From: a virus
Lineage: Duplodnaviria; Caudoviricetes
Virus record (IMG/VR): IMGVR_UViG_3300031998_000031
Coordinates: 46,940-110,939 of that record
Direction: 5' to 3' (one strand)
DNA: 64,000 nt
Part shown: positions 27,895-39,680 of the stretch, in pieces
How the letters are laid out: each line of letters begins with the position of its first letter
Numbering within the stretch: position 1 is the first letter of the stretch
Position numbers and translations under genes: made by a program
Notes under the pieces: model-generated
Told to the model about the DNA's origin: nothing
Database searches by the model: none
Seen by the model: only the letters and a program-made list of their open reading frames with translations

Positions 27895-28654
27895 TTTTCC
27901 AAGATTGACACCGCCTGAAGCAGGCAACCTCTACTACAACAAGAAACATGATGATAAATACTCTGCGGGGCTGGATGGATACAATCCGTGCATACTGGGC
28001 AATTACCCTTACAACTGTAAGAAGGAAGACAGGACAGGCTATCCCGGATTGACAGTGCTGAGTAACTGTACAGGATTCGTCACAGGCTGCTTCAACGAGG
28101 AAGGCGGATACGAAAAGTGCAAGTATCTTGGCGACTTCATGGCGTATTACATGATAACTGCCGCAAAAAAGCAAGGGCTTGAGATAGGTGAGAAACCCAA
28201 GCTTGGAGCCGTCATGTGCTGGGGCGGAGGAAACGGTCACGTAGCCATTGTGGCCCATGTAATAGATGAGAACACTGTCTATACCAGCGAGAGCGGATGG
28301 AATTCTGAGAAGCTGATGTGGAATCAGATTCGCAAAAAGGGCAATGGCAGATGGGGACAATCCTCTCACACGTTCCAAGGCTTCATATACAACCCGGACA
28401 TAGTATTCGGTACCTGTCCGTATACTCAGCCGCTCACACCTATCACCAAGGGCGCTAAGGGCGATTCCGCAAGATGGATGCAGTGGCATCTAAATTGGTA
28501 CAACTACGGTCTTGCGGTCGACGGCAGTTTTGGCCCCGCATCACTGGAGGCCCTCAAGGACTTCCAGAGCAAAAATGGGATACCTGTAACCGGATATCTG
28601 GATGAGCTTACACGCGCAAAACTCATAGTCAGTTTGCCATGGAATAGGAGGTAG
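27887..28654 (+). CDS. Endolysin, CHAP domain plus peptidoglycan-binding domain
   Basis: 'NCTGF' Cys, 'PKLGAVMCW...GHVAIV', 'SESGW'; C-terminal 'VDGSFGP.S..ALKDFQ..NG...G.LD..T'. Confidence 0.85.
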   Translation: MSDFPRLTPPEAGNLYYNKKHDDKYSAGLDGYNPCILGNYPYNCKKEDRTGYPGLTVLSNCTGFVTGCFNEEGGYEKCKYLGDFMAYYMITAAKKQGLEIGEKPKLGAVMCWGGGNGHVAIVAHVIDENTVYTSESGWNSEKLMWNQIRKKGNGRWGQSSHTFQGFIYNPDIVFGTCPYTQPLTPITKGAKGDSARWMQWHLNWYNYGLAVDGSFGPASLEALKDFQSKNGIPVTGYLDELTRAKLIVSLPWNRR

Positions 28655-28656
28655 TA

Positions 28657-29448
28657 ATGTCGTACAACATCATGCTTTTTGAGCCCGAAATCGTGGATAA
28701 AGCATGGTTCGCGGGTCAGGCATACCGGCAAAGAGTCACAAAGACCGTTAAAGACTGGTGCATTCAGGAGAATGCGGACCTATGCTTCAATCTGGGCATC
28801 TTTGGCCTATCGACCGGCTTAGGTTGTTCCTATGTCAGAGCAAAAGGCAAGGACATCGCCTACGGAAGCGAAAAACCTCACATACTTACTCTTAATGAGG
28901 CTAACCAGTGCAGAGGCTATTCCGACGGAATCGTCGAGCAGAAGATTAGCATCAACGTACCCATGGGCGGGACCCGTACCAGAAACGGTGTGGGTATGAC
29001 ATACGACGGAACTATCATCGTTGCGCAGACTGACCATGGAGTTACGGAAGCTGTGTTCTGCAACACGGTCAACAACTTCGTCAAGGACCGTGGCAAGGCT
29101 GTAAGGCTGTTCACGCTGCAAGATGGCGGAATGAGCACGCAAGAGTATTCTGCGCTGTCATCGCTGAATTTCGCGCCTGAGCGTGGCCGCCCTGTCGCGA
29201 ACGTCCTGTGCATAAAGCTCAAGCGCGGCATCATTATAACGCAACCTGTTTACAAGGATGTAAAAGGACGCAACGCGGAGCTTGTCCAGATTGCTGTTGG
29301 CGGAATCAGCTGCGATAGAAGATGTGGCCCTGCAACCGCAGCAAGAATCAAAGCTGCGCAAAAAGCGTGGGGCTGGGATACTCCGCTCCAGTGCGGCGTG
29401 GCCAGCTACTTGACGCTCAAGAAACTTGGCTTTGTCATAGGCTTTTAA
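28657..29448 (+). CDS. Phosphodiester glycosidase-like (NAGPA/DUF2233) protein with degenerate PG-binding tail
   Basis: 'RTRNGVG', 'LQDGGMST', 'RPVAN' resemble family motifs. Confidence 0.55.
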   Translation: MSYNIMLFEPEIVDKAWFAGQAYRQRVTKTVKDWCIQENADLCFNLGIFGLSTGLGCSYVRAKGKDIAYGSEKPHILTLNEANQCRGYSDGIVEQKISINVPMGGTRTRNGVGMTYDGTIIVAQTDHGVTEAVFCNTVNNFVKDRGKAVRLFTLQDGGMSTQEYSALSSLNFAPERGRPVANVLCIKLKRGIIITQPVYKDVKGRNAELVQIAVGGISCDRRCGPATAARIKAAQKAWGWDTPLQCGVASYLTLKKLGFVIGF

Positions 29449-29456
29449 TTTAATAG

Positions 29457-29544
29457 GCATATTCGGGGCTGGCCTCCACCCCGATATGTTCGCTGCCCGT
29501 GCTGCCGTATCCCCAGACGGCTGCCTCTGAAAAACGGGCGGCGA
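29457..29544 (+). ncRNA. Candidate structured small RNA with C-rich loops
   Basis: Hairpins 29457-29489 (loop CCTCC) and 29490-29544 (loops ATCCCC, CCTCT). Confidence 0.4.
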
Positions 29545-29554
29545 TATATACATC

Positions 29555-29591
29555 CCCTGCTTCGGCTTTTCGCCGGGGCAGGGCTTTTTTT
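29555..29591 (+). terminator. Intrinsic terminator ending late/lysis operon
   Basis: CCCTGCTTCGGC / GCCGGGGCAGGG plus T7. Confidence 0.85.
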
Positions 29592-29634
29592 GTTGCAATT
29601 ATCAATTATATCTGACTAAAATATCCTAAAACGC

Positions 29635-29663
29635 TTGACAATATATAAGTTGTATGGTATATT
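29635..29663 (+). promoter_or_regulatory. Repeated early promoter copy 1
   Basis: TTGACA-N17-TATATT with extended TG. Confidence 0.85.
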
Positions 29664-29699
29664 ATCCATAGAGGGGATGACCCTGAAAGGAGATTAAAT

Positions 29700-31861
29700 A
29701 TGTGCTACGTGGTTAGAAAATCAGACAATATGGTACTCAACAGGATAGATGCATGGGAGCTCGATTCTGTGGGAACCATGAGACGATGGGCTCAGGATAA
29801 CGGATTCAGCGTGATTGACGAGGAGATTACCGTTTTCGGTAACATGATTATCTGGGTAGAGTAGGGGGCACTTGATGATGAAGACTTACAGAGATTTTTA
29901 CGGAGCGCATGCTTGTATCAGAACGATGAGAGATGGCTCGGCAAGACTTACCGTTAGAGTCTGCGGTAAACTGATATATGCTAAAAATTATCAGACCGAA
30001 CGCGGCGCAAAAATCGCGATGGGGAAGCTCGGCGATGGCTGGCACGAAAAATAAGGAGGCTGACGATGAAGAGTTGCTCGAATTGCAAGAGAAGATTCTT
30101 TAAGGGCTGGGATGGCTGCTGGGAGAGCTGTCTATGGTATGAGATGGCGGGGACCGAGGAGGACATGATAGAGACCGCCAAAGACTGCTGCAAGTACGAG
30201 GAAGGCGAACCTGAGGGCTTAAATGAGCCGGAATACAGGCCGTCGGCGACAAATAGGGATTACGGTCCGAGCAATCCTTGGGATGCACCGGGGATGAGCA
30301 TTCACGATTTTATCTAAGGAGGTTTGCAATGAACGAATGGGAAAAGTTGTTCTCAAAGACTCTCAAAATGCTGGATTTCGGGCTTGGTAAAGACGAAGAA
30401 GGATACTTCCTTACAGATTATCTCGGAGCAAATCCCGGCAATATCGAGGCTGATAGATTCGATACTCCAGAGGGCATAGTTGATAGGATGGGTATCTATT
30501 GGAAGGACTATCTCTACGACGGTTTGGAGCGCGAGTTCCATGAAGATGGCTATGTAGATTCGGTCCCCTGTACTGATGAAGAATGGTACGACTTCATGAC
30601 CGCATATCCACCTTTCATAAAGAAGCACCAGTTCGAGTTCAATATAATCGACATGTTCTGCAATCATCTTGGAGATATAGCATTAGAAAATTGTATAGAT
30701 GAATAAAGAGGAAAAGATTATGGAGTTTAACAGAATCATCAACAAGGATTTCGTTCTCAAGAACGCAGTATTCGGAATGCAGAGAAAGACAGACGCTGAC
30801 TTTATCAAAAAGGACACGGAGTTCGAAGACATTGAATGTTTCGTGATAGTCCCCTTCATCGAAGACGGCATTACAGGATGTTGTAAACTCATGAGGAATA
30901 GTCTCGAACTTATCGGGTTGAGCGAGGACGAGCTTTTTGAAGCAGCACAGAAGAACACAATTGAAAAATCCGAGCTTATTAGTATGAGCGATGCTCTTGG
31001 GTTTCCTGTTCCCGGCAATATGACAGTCCTCACTAACAAGCTTAGGTACAGAGGCGCAGGCTCAATCTTTAACAAGGCTAAAATCAAGGAGTACGCTGAT
31101 TCTTGTTCCGTAGACAAGGTAGTAGCCATCCCGTCCAGCATAGATGAATGGATTCTTATTCCGTATACCAGTGACGAGGACGTAAATGCACTTAAAGGTG
31201 TCATACATTTTGTTAACGCCAATGAAGTCAAAGACGAGGAACAGCTCGGAGACAGAGCATATATACTGGAGGCTTAATTAGATAGACTTGGCGAGTATGA
31301 CTGGAAGGAGTGAATATGGCGAGATTAAAGCGGTATAGCAGGGTCTACAAGGTAGGCGACATGCGATTCAGGTACGACAAGGAAAATTGCATCCTTGAGT
31401 ATGTAAGGAAGGTGGATGCGCAGCTTGGCGCGATGATAACGAGGGAGAATGAGGAGTGGCGAGCCGAATTCGGCGATGACCTCTGGGAGGTCCGCGAAGG
31501 CTATGTGGTCATCTCTGAGATTGGACTCACGCGTGAGTCTTGGGATGAAAGCCCAAAGTGGTGGTGCGAGGTGTATGCTGATGAGCTTAGGCGTGAAGTT
31601 CAGGGCTATATAAATGAGTTCGTAAAGGAGGGCTGACAGATGGACAGAATCTTCAGAATGGAAAAGATGGTATCGAGGCTGACTGCTGAGGGTCGCAAGG
31701 ATGAAATCAGGCCCGAAGACTATGAGCTGATGAAAGAGCTCGATGGGAAGAAGGGGAGCGACTACAACTTCAGGTCGGTCGTTTATGGAGAGAATGTAGT
31801 ATGGATTGATTGCGATGGCGGCATCGATGGCGTGTACGTAAACGCTGCGGACTGCGAGTGA
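29700..31861 (+). other. Cassette of small early genes (29700-29864, 29872-30054, 30066-30317, 30329-30706, 30699-31277, 31310-31636, 31640-31861)
   Basis: Tightly packed ORFs with GGAG/GGAGG RBS downstream of promoter copy 1. Confidence 0.65.
30699..31277 (+). CDS. DUF5688-like protein
   Basis: 'MTVLTN....GAG', 'IPSSIDEWILIP', 'VN..EV..EEQL.D..Y'. Confidence 0.6.
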   Translation: MNKEEKIMEFNRIINKDFVLKNAVFGMQRKTDADFIKKDTEFEDIECFVIVPFIEDGITGCCKLMRNSLELIGLSEDELFEAAQKNTIEKSELISMSDALGFPVPGNMTVLTNKLRYRGAGSIFNKAKIKEYADSCSVDKVVAIPSSIDEWILIPYTSDEDVNALKGVIHFVNANEVKDEEQLGDRAYILEA

Positions 31862-31902
31862 AAGAAAAACTCCGTCTGTACGATATTAATATACTAAAAC
31901 AC

Positions 31903-31931
31903 TTGACGGATAATAAGTTATATGATATATT
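31903..31931 (+). promoter_or_regulatory. Repeated early promoter copy 2
   Basis: TTGACG-N17-TATATT with extended TG. Confidence 0.85.
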
Positions 31932-31954
31932 ATAGGTACAGGGAGGAACGTTGA

Positions 31955-33244
31955 ATGGAAAGATACGCAATACTGGAAGATAACATCGAACGCGTCGAGA
32001 AGAAGATTCTCACCGTTCAGAATAAATGCGCCAAGTACGGATGCGCCTTCAATTACAGAAGAGTCGGCGAGGAGTTCAAGACTCTCGTAGACGGCTTAGG
32101 CAACACTCATTACGCAAAGTTCATCATAGTCGAAGCGGAAGGCATCGCACTCATCAATGACTGGGAGTTCGTTGCGGCGGTAGACCATACCGAAGCTGGC
32201 AATGTAGTCAGGAAGTCGATAGAAGATGCGGAGATACCGGAAAGATACTTCACATCCGCTCCGAAATGCGAGCACTGTGGCTCGCCTCTTATCCACAGTT
32301 ATCTTGTCAGGAACACGAAGACAGGAGAATACAAGCAGGTCGGTAGCACTTGCCTCAAAGACTTCACTTGCGGCATGGACGCATCGGCGATTGCGGCGTT
32401 CTACTCGGCATTCGACAAGCTGATAGAGGGTGAAGCTCCAATGGAAGGTGGCTTCAAGTTCTACTACGAGACTGAAGAGATGCTCCAGATTGCGGCGGAG
32501 ACAGTAAGGAGATTCGGATACAGGAGCTCTTCAGAATATTATTCAGGAAGCACAAAAGAGCGTGTAAGTGAAATCTGGAGCTGGAAGAGGAACAGACTGA
32601 TGCCTGCAACTCAGGAGTATTACGACGAGGAGCTCGAAAAGGTCGGCTTCAATGAAATGAGTGACGAGAACATAGCTTATGTGCATGATGCTCTTGAATG
32701 GCTTAGTGAGCAGGAGGCAAGCACAGACTACATGAACAACCTGAAGGTCATCTGCTCGATGCAGTATCTCGACCCGAAACACCTCGGCTACCTCGTGAGC
32801 CTTTTCGCCTGCTATAACAGATACCTCTCAAAGAAGGAAGAGCAGGACAGGAAGAACGCCGAAGCCGCAAAGGAAGCTCAGGTCTCAAAGCATGTTGGAG
32901 AGCTCGGAGAAAGATTAGAGTTCATAATCGGTTCTGTCACCTGCGTCACCGGATGGGAGACTCAGTGGGGCTACACCTACCTGTATCGAATCAAGGATGT
33001 AGATGGCAATGTCTTCATTTGGAAGACCAGCAAGTTCATCGATAGCGACGAGGAGCTCGGCAACATCCTCCGTGGAACAGTCAAGGAACACTCCGAATAC
33101 AACGGAGTCCATCAGACGGTACTTACCAACTGCACCATTAAGGAAAACAAGGCGAAAATGCCCGAAGAGCATCCTGCATATACAGGCGAATGCGAGAAGG
33201 CTTTTAATGAAGCCTATGACATACTCCAATCTGGTGTATTGTGA
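31955..33244 (+). CDS. Phage protein with Zn-binding motif and C-terminal OB-fold-like domain
   Basis: 'CEHC...QVGSTCLKDF'; 'GNVFIWKTS...GTVKEHSEYNGVHQTVLT'. Confidence 0.65.
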   Translation: MERYAILEDNIERVEKKILTVQNKCAKYGCAFNYRRVGEEFKTLVDGLGNTHYAKFIIVEAEGIALINDWEFVAAVDHTEAGNVVRKSIEDAEIPERYFTSAPKCEHCGSPLIHSYLVRNTKTGEYKQVGSTCLKDFTCGMDASAIAAFYSAFDKLIEGEAPMEGGFKFYYETEEMLQIAAETVRRFGYRSSSEYYSGSTKERVSEIWSWKRNRLMPATQEYYDEELEKVGFNEMSDENIAYVHDALEWLSEQEASTDYMNNLKVICSMQYLDPKHLGYLVSLFACYNRYLSKKEEQDRKNAEAAKEAQVSKHVGELGERLEFIIGSVTCVTGWETQWGYTYLYRIKDVDGNVFIWKTSKFIDSDEELGNILRGTVKEHSEYNGVHQTVLTNCTIKENKAKMPEEHPAYTGECEKAFNEAYDILQSGVL

Positions 33245-33448
33245 CGGAGGCAATGTAATGGTATCTAAAATCCCAAAGTTTGATGAAAGATTCGCTGCCC
33301 ATTTGTTCGTAGAATTTATGCTCGGTAATGACTTGTCTGAGGAAGACAGGCTTAAGGTAATAGAACAATGGAACGCAGAACACCGAAAAAAAGGCCGTAG
33401 AAATATCTCTAAGTAGCATTTTTTAACAGAGTTGCATAGGAGGACAAG

Positions 33449-34285
33449 ATGGGTAAGAGAAACGATAAGCTCAACGAATTAGTAAACACGTATCAGGAAT
33501 GTGCTGCATGGAATCTGGTCAACGACAAGATAAGCAAGGCATTCGATGACCCCTCATTCAGCTTAGATATGCTGTTGGAGGAAGAAGAGCGCAGATTAGA
33601 TGCTCCCATCGCAAGGATAAGATATGAGGAGAGCGACCTGAACGGTGGTCGTGACGGTGGAGAGATTATAGTCGAGATAAGGCAGGCATACGAGGAGAAG
33701 TTCAGCTTCGAAAGTTCGTACAAGGTCTTTATGACAGACTTCCCAGACGGCAAGAAGTATCCGTTGATTTCGTACAACATCGTGCGGAAGATAGCTCATC
33801 TCGACCAGTACGGCTACCGAATCGTCTATCAATGCTCGATGATGGACGGCCCCTCTGAAAGAAGATATTAAGGAGGGGCTACAGATGCAGTATTGCGGAT
33901 ATGAGATAGAGTATATCGAACACAGGAATGATTACAGAGTATATGACCCTGCTCATTGTGCATGGACCATCGCCTACGTTGATAGCGTTCAGGAAGCCAT
34001 ACAGGGCATAGACGAGATGCTTGGAAGGAGGGAGAGATGATTCGGATTAAGGAACACTATACAGTCTATGGATGGTTCTGGAACCACTGGAACAATCGCT
34101 ATGAGAAAACGGTCATTGCGACGCGTGATACTTTTGCAGAAGCGCTTGCGGTCTATGATGCGATGGAGATAAGCGCAGATTTGCCACAGGTCGAATTGTG
34201 GTTCGAGTATTCCGATGGTTCCGAGAGAATGCGCATGAAGGATTCCGCAGGCGAATACGCCGATGACAGATTGAAGGTTGTTTAA
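33449..34285 (+). other. Small hypothetical genes (33449-33871, 33885-34040, 34037-34285)
   Basis: AGGAGG RBSs, contiguous, end at terminator. Confidence 0.6.
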
Positions 34286-34295
34286 ATTATTTGAT

Positions 34296-34318
34296 GACCA
34301 GCTTCGGCTGGTCTTTTT
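34296..34318 (+). terminator. Intrinsic terminator with UUCG loop
   Basis: GACCAGC-TTCG-GCTGGTC-TTTTT. Confidence 0.85.
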
Positions 34319-34352
34319 ATTGTTTAAAAATGATAAAAATATCCTAAAACGC

Positions 34353-34381
34353 TTGACGGTATATAAGGAATATGATATATT
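34353..34381 (+). promoter_or_regulatory. Repeated early promoter copy 3
   Basis: TTGACG-N17-TATATT, then GGGG..CCCC hairpin. Confidence 0.85.
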
Positions 34382-34521
34382 ATGTGTGGGGGTGGTAAGG
34401 CCCCTGAGGGTCTGTCAGGATGGCAGCTCGGAAGGACGCGCTTCGGTTGTTCAGCGGTCAATCGGGGAGCGCGAACGGGACAGCAAATGCTGACGGAACA
34501 AAGTGCTTAGGAGGTAATGAT

Positions 34522-36202
34522 ATGTTAGACAGAACGCAGCTCGATAGGATTCTTGAACTTTACAACAAGTTTGACGCTAAGGCAGATAAGGCCTATGAGA
34601 GGTATGAAACGCATTTGAAGTATGGTAATGAAAAGAGCGCCAGAGCTCAGCAGAACATCCACGACAAGAATATTGCGATTTTGGAAGGCATCCAACTCAC
34701 AGCCGCTGCTCTCGGATACGACATTGTTTACCAGAGAGACATTCACGGCGAATACGTTTACGTGATAGTGGAGAGATAGAAGGGCATATAGACTTATATC
34801 TCTCAAGCTCGGAACAGATTTCGTAAAGAAGGAGGTTTAGTATGTATCTCACCACAAGAAGACAGATTGCTATGGCAATGAACTTCGGGAAGTATCCCGT
34901 TCTTTATATAGACCGTGAAGACCATCACGGATTCGAAGATTCAGACTTCGCAAAGGGATGCGATGTCAGGATGAAGCTGGGAGATGGCAGATTCCATAAT
35001 GGCTACCTCATATTCTCAGAAGGCAAGTACATGATTCAGAGCGAAATGATTTGTCTTGATGGTTCGTTCGGCAGATACAGTGTTATGGAGATGTACAAGA
35101 ACGCTAACGCCCCATTAGTTTGGCGTGATACCCCTGTAATCATAGTAGAGGACTATCCGAAGCGTGAAGAGTGTGCTGTAAGGGTTATGTACCTCCCAGA
35201 CAAGAAGTTCGACATCTTCTGTCAGACCGCAGCAGTGTTGGTCCCGATTGAGGATAATCCTCTCGAAGAAGGACTGCTCCGCAAGTACCTGTCCTCAGTA
35301 GCGTAGCCGTAACGTAAACTGGAGGTTCGAAAACGATGACTTACAATGAATTGATTGAGAGATGCAGAAAGATTGCGAGCACGGTCATGAAGGGCTGTGT
35401 GAGCGATTTCACAGACTGTGACTGCCCGCGTCTTGCGTCGACCGCAGAACGATATTACAAAAAAGTAAAAGACTCGGAGCGTGCATCCTTCGTTTGGCTG
35501 GTGCGCGACATGGGCACTTGGCTTTTAGACATGGATTTGAGGGAGAATGCTCCGGTGGATATTGAATGGTATCGCAGCGTTTACTCGAATCAGACGGTAA
35601 GGCGGGAATACATCATCACGTTCAACTGCGGCGACTGGACCATTAAACAGAATCGTAAGCCGATGTTTTTAAAAGGGTAAGACTGTAGGAGGCACTGATG
35701 GTACTCACAAAAGAAAAAGCTCAAGCAATCGTTGATAAAGCGGGTGGCATGAGAGATTCCATCATCTCTATGCTCAGGAAGTCTGGATATGAGCCGGAGG
35801 TCTATTACCTGAATGAAGATGACAGTCCAAGGCATTGGAATGTGAGGGTTGCCAATCAAGATGGTAGCCATGTTAGGATTTATCGGAACTTCCGGGGTGA
35901 GATTCTGGTACAGATTTGGAATCCTATGAAGGTTGAGTGGTCAGGAATCCCAACATTCATGCCGAGCGGAAAAGGTACGCTGCGAGAGTGGTTTTAAGGA
36001 GGAAACTATGATAGCGCCGAGATTTGTAAAGGAATTCTATGGATACAACAAGAAGAGGCTGCTGATGCTTTGCGTTCCGTCGACGGAGAGGGACGAGGCA
36101 ATCTCTAAGGCCGAAAAGTATCTGGGCTTTTGTGAACGGGGCATGATATCCCCGAATGAGGCTGTGCAGGCGATTGGTGAGTGCTTTCGGGTCTTCCTGT
36201 GA
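34522..36202 (+). other. Cassette of small early genes (34522-34779, 34842-35306, 35336-35680, 35698-35997, 36008-36202)
   Basis: Each preceded by GGAGG. Confidence 0.65.
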
Positions 36203-36233
36203 TAGAATAAATGATTGAACTATACCAAAACGC

Positions 36234-36262
36234 TTGACAAAATATCATGAATATGCTATATT
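36234..36262 (+). promoter_or_regulatory. Repeated early promoter copy 4
   Basis: TTGACA-N17-TATATT, then GGGG-AATG-CCCC. Confidence 0.85.
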
Positions 36263-36520
36263 ATGTGTAGGGGGAATGCCCCGGTGAGATTTGGGTTTTG
36301 GGAGGAATCAAGTGTTCGTAATCATGAAGCAGCGGCGATATTGGGAGGGAGGCAAACAGATGTTCCGAAAGGTTCCGCAATATTATGTAGCTCATGATGG
36401 CGAAGCGATATTCAGCGAAGACATCAACGATGCTTGTCCATTCAAATCGAAGGCGGTTGCGGAGGTCTTCCTGATGGACAATGAATTGGAAAGAGGACAC
36501 TGCGTCAAGGAGGTTCAAAA

Positions 36521-36961
36521 ATGATGATGACAAACGAGGAATATAAAGAACGCAGGGACGAGATTTATGGAAACCCCAGCCTTGGATTTTGCGAGGTGCA
36601 GGACGCGCTGGACGCGCTTAGAGTTGAGTGGCTCAATTCGATGGAGGTTGGGGATAAAGCTCATATCCAACACTATTCGGACGTTACGCCCTGCACCATT
36701 ATCAAGAAGACGAAGACCACGTTTACGGTCCGCTGCGATAAGGCGGTCAAGACAGACAAGTGGGGTCCCAAGTGGGTCGTCGGCGGATTCTCTGCGCATT
36801 GCAAGAATAATGAAGACCAAGACGATTGGTGGGAGTGCATCGATGACCCGAACGGGCATACGGAGGTGTTCAGATGGTCGCGAGTCTACAACGCTTTCAG
36901 GAACACAGACGGTGAGAAGCTTTATCCCGGTTGGAGATACTACCATGATTACAACTTCTAA
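36521..36961 (+). CDS. Hypothetical phage protein
   Basis: AGGAGG RBS; ends 'GWRYYHDYNF'. Confidence 0.65.
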   Translation: MMMTNEEYKERRDEIYGNPSLGFCEVQDALDALRVEWLNSMEVGDKAHIQHYSDVTPCTIIKKTKTTFTVRCDKAVKTDKWGPKWVVGGFSAHCKNNEDQDDWWECIDDPNGHTEVFRWSRVYNAFRNTDGEKLYPGWRYYHDYNF

Positions 36962-37191
36962 TGGGGGTGAGAAAATGACATATCAGGATTTTATGAAACG
37001 GTACGAGGGCAATTTGTTAAACGTCAGTATATTCGACAGTGAATCAAGAAAGCCGGTAACGGCAACGACACTCGCGGACTTGGAAGCTGTATTAAAGGCC
37101 CCTGTAGCATCAATTGAAGATAATAACGTATACATCGTTTTAGAGAGATGAGGGGGCGGACGATGAATACGAATATTTGGGAGAGTAAGCG

Positions 37192-37539
37192 ATGAAGTTC
37201 TTGGAATATGGCGAGCTTACGATATGCCTTGGCATTGACAGATATAAACACAGTGACAATATTGGCATTGTTGTCTACATCGTTAAATATGAGCTCAGGC
37301 CCCTTAAACGCATTGAAGACGTGACGATGACGGTGGATTTCAACGACGAGAAACTTGAGGATGGATATGCGTATGTTGATACATACAGATGCCCGTTTGC
37401 TTGTGATTTGATTGAAAGGTTCGAACTGGGTATTCCAACCGGCGAGACGAAAAAGCGCGGGGGAGAGGTTTTCCCTAAATATAAATTCGATATTGAAAAA
37501 CTGAAAATGTATACACCGGCGAGCCGGAATTTTTTATAG
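37192..37539 (+). CDS. DUF4313-like protein
   Basis: 'AYVDT..CP.....I....LG.PTG......FPKYKFD.EKL'. Confidence 0.6.
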   Translation: MKFLEYGELTICLGIDRYKHSDNIGIVVYIVKYELRPLKRIEDVTMTVDFNDEKLEDGYAYVDTYRCPFACDLIERFELGIPTGETKKRGGEVFPKYKFDIEKLKMYTPASRNFL

Positions 37540-37828
37540 ATATATGCTGCCGAAAATATATATAATATATAATATAGGCATAATGAGTAAGGAGGAACCG
37601 AATGCACGAGATTGGAGAGAAGGTAGTAATGAGGGCTGAGACCGTCGGCAAGATATTGCCCGGAACCGTAGTGTACGTACACCCGCGGAAGTTCTTCTAC
37701 ACGGTTCAGTTTATATCACACATGGGCAATAAGTTCTGTGAGTCTTTCCCGATAGTTAAACAGCAAAGGCCGGTCGGCCTGCCTGAATACAGGGAAGCTT
37801 ACAGGAATAAATATTCTTAGGAGGTATC

Positions 37829-38239
37829 ATGAAGATAAGAATCAATACCCACGGCAATACGCTGCCGGAAAAGCACGGTGACTGGATTGACCTTGCCACA
37901 GCAGAGCCAATGTGGCTCAAGAAAGGCGATTACGCGATGATATCGCTGGGCGTCTCGATAGAACTTCCGAAAGACTGCTACGCCATGGTGGTCCCAAGGT
38001 CGAGCACCTTTGGCAAGTGGAAGCTATTGCAGGCTAATTCCGTAGGAGTCATCGATAATGCATATTCTGGAGACGGCGACATCTGGCACTTCCCATGCAT
38101 AGCATTTGAGGACACATATATCCCCAAGGGCACGAGGGTTTGCCAGTTCTGCATAATGAAGTGTCAGGAAGATGTGGAATTCGAACAGGTCGATAGGCTC
38201 GGTAATGAGGACCGTGGCGGATTCGGAAGCACAGGCTAA
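37829..38239 (+). CDS. dut: Trimeric dUTPase
   Basis: 'DWIDL', 'PRSS', 'GVIDNAYSG', 'RVCQF', C-terminal 'RGGFGSTG'. Confidence 0.92.
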   Translation: MKIRINTHGNTLPEKHGDWIDLATAEPMWLKKGDYAMISLGVSIELPKDCYAMVVPRSSTFGKWKLLQANSVGVIDNAYSGDGDIWHFPCIAFEDTYIPKGTRVCQFCIMKCQEDVEFEQVDRLGNEDRGGFGSTG

Positions 38240-38761
38240 GGGGGATAGCTATGGACGAAAGTAATATTGAGAGATATCTCAAAGAGATGGAGGAAGACGC
38301 AGCTCAGATAAAGGTGCTGTGCGACAAGATTAGAGTTAATGCTGAGCTGGTCAAAAACCATATGCAGAATAAGGACTCTGTGTCAACAGACTCGCTGAAG
38401 GTGATAGCGAGGTATCCGCTTGAGGGCAATAGCGATGTATTGGTCCACAAGATAGATAACTATACGGGCAGCGTGTTGGCAAGCATGACTGGGATTAAGG
38501 CAGAGTGGTGCCCGTTCACATGGCGGAGGACTTTGGGCAAGGATTCTTCCGTTGCAGGATTCTGTTTTGCAAAAATGTTTATTCCGCTTGAGGATTTGGT
38601 GAAAGAATGATGCCATCTCCATGTCTAAATTGCGAAGAACGAAAACTGGGGTGTCATTCAGTTTGTGAGCGATACAAAGAGTATGTAAAGAATGCCGCAT
38701 CTATCGTAGAGGCGAGACGAAAATTTAAAGGGCAGAATGTAATAAGGAGGGTTAGGAAAAG

Positions 38762-39355
38762 GTGAACATAAAAGCATCTCATAGCAAAGAAGGTATTGGC
38801 ACTCTTAGAAGCAACGCCGCCAGCTTCATTCGAAAACGCAGGCTACAGCTTGGATTATCTCAGAAGCTCTTTGCAGAACGGTGTGGTGTATCTCAGCCTG
38901 CTGTCTGTCGCTGGGAAACCGAATTGTCGAACATGTCGTTTGATACGGTTTCAAAAATCGCTGCGAATCTGGAATCGGAGGCCGTGCTGCTGTTCGTGCC
39001 CAAGGAGGTTGTTGATGAGAATAAGAACATATTCAATCTAATCGAGTGCATGGTCGAGAATCCTGATTTACCAGTCGTAACGGCGATGACTAAAGGGCAG
39101 TGTGGTGACCCGTTTGCGGAAGGACATTTTGGTGAATGCAAAGTGACCAGAAGCGTCTCTGGCGAGCAGGCCATCTACATGTACGATAACAGCAATCCGG
39201 CGTTGATGCAGGATACGTTGGATGCCGTGTCTGACGAAGAATACAGCGATATTTATACTGCCTCATTGGACGAGCTCGCAAGCAGATACAACAAGCTTCC
39301 TTGGAAGGATTGCATCTACGTCGAGGTCTTCTGTAACGAAACTACCGACATCTAA
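38762..39355 (+). CDS. XRE-type HTH protein (N-terminal) fused to unknown domain
   Basis: 'IRKRRLQLGLSQKLFAERCGVSQPAVCRWE'. Confidence 0.7.
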   Translation: MNIKASHSKEGIGTLRSNAASFIRKRRLQLGLSQKLFAERCGVSQPAVCRWETELSNMSFDTVSKIAANLESEAVLLFVPKEVVDENKNIFNLIECMVENPDLPVVTAMTKGQCGDPFAEGHFGECKVTRSVSGEQAIYMYDNSNPALMQDTLDAVSDEEYSDIYTASLDELASRYNKLPWKDCIYVEVFCNETTDI

Positions 39356-39680
39356 TTGCGGAGGTGAAGACCTATGCCTAAGATGATAATCGTAGACGAC
39401 AGATTCGAAAAGATGCTGCTTCGCTCGCTGCGCATAAGCGTGTCTGAGATGGCTACGGATGGAATAGTCTACATCGCAAGGATAATCTACAAGCTCTCAG
39501 ACGCCTGTCTATGCGAGATTTTGATGTACATGGATATTGTTACCCAAACAAAGAAAAAAGACCCGCAAATAGGGCGCTGCGACTTCAAAGAGGCATGTGA
39601 GGCTTTGAGGAGTGGATGCCATGACGAACTGATTCTTCGTAACGCAGCGGACGCGAAAAATATTTAGGCGCGGGGGCAAC

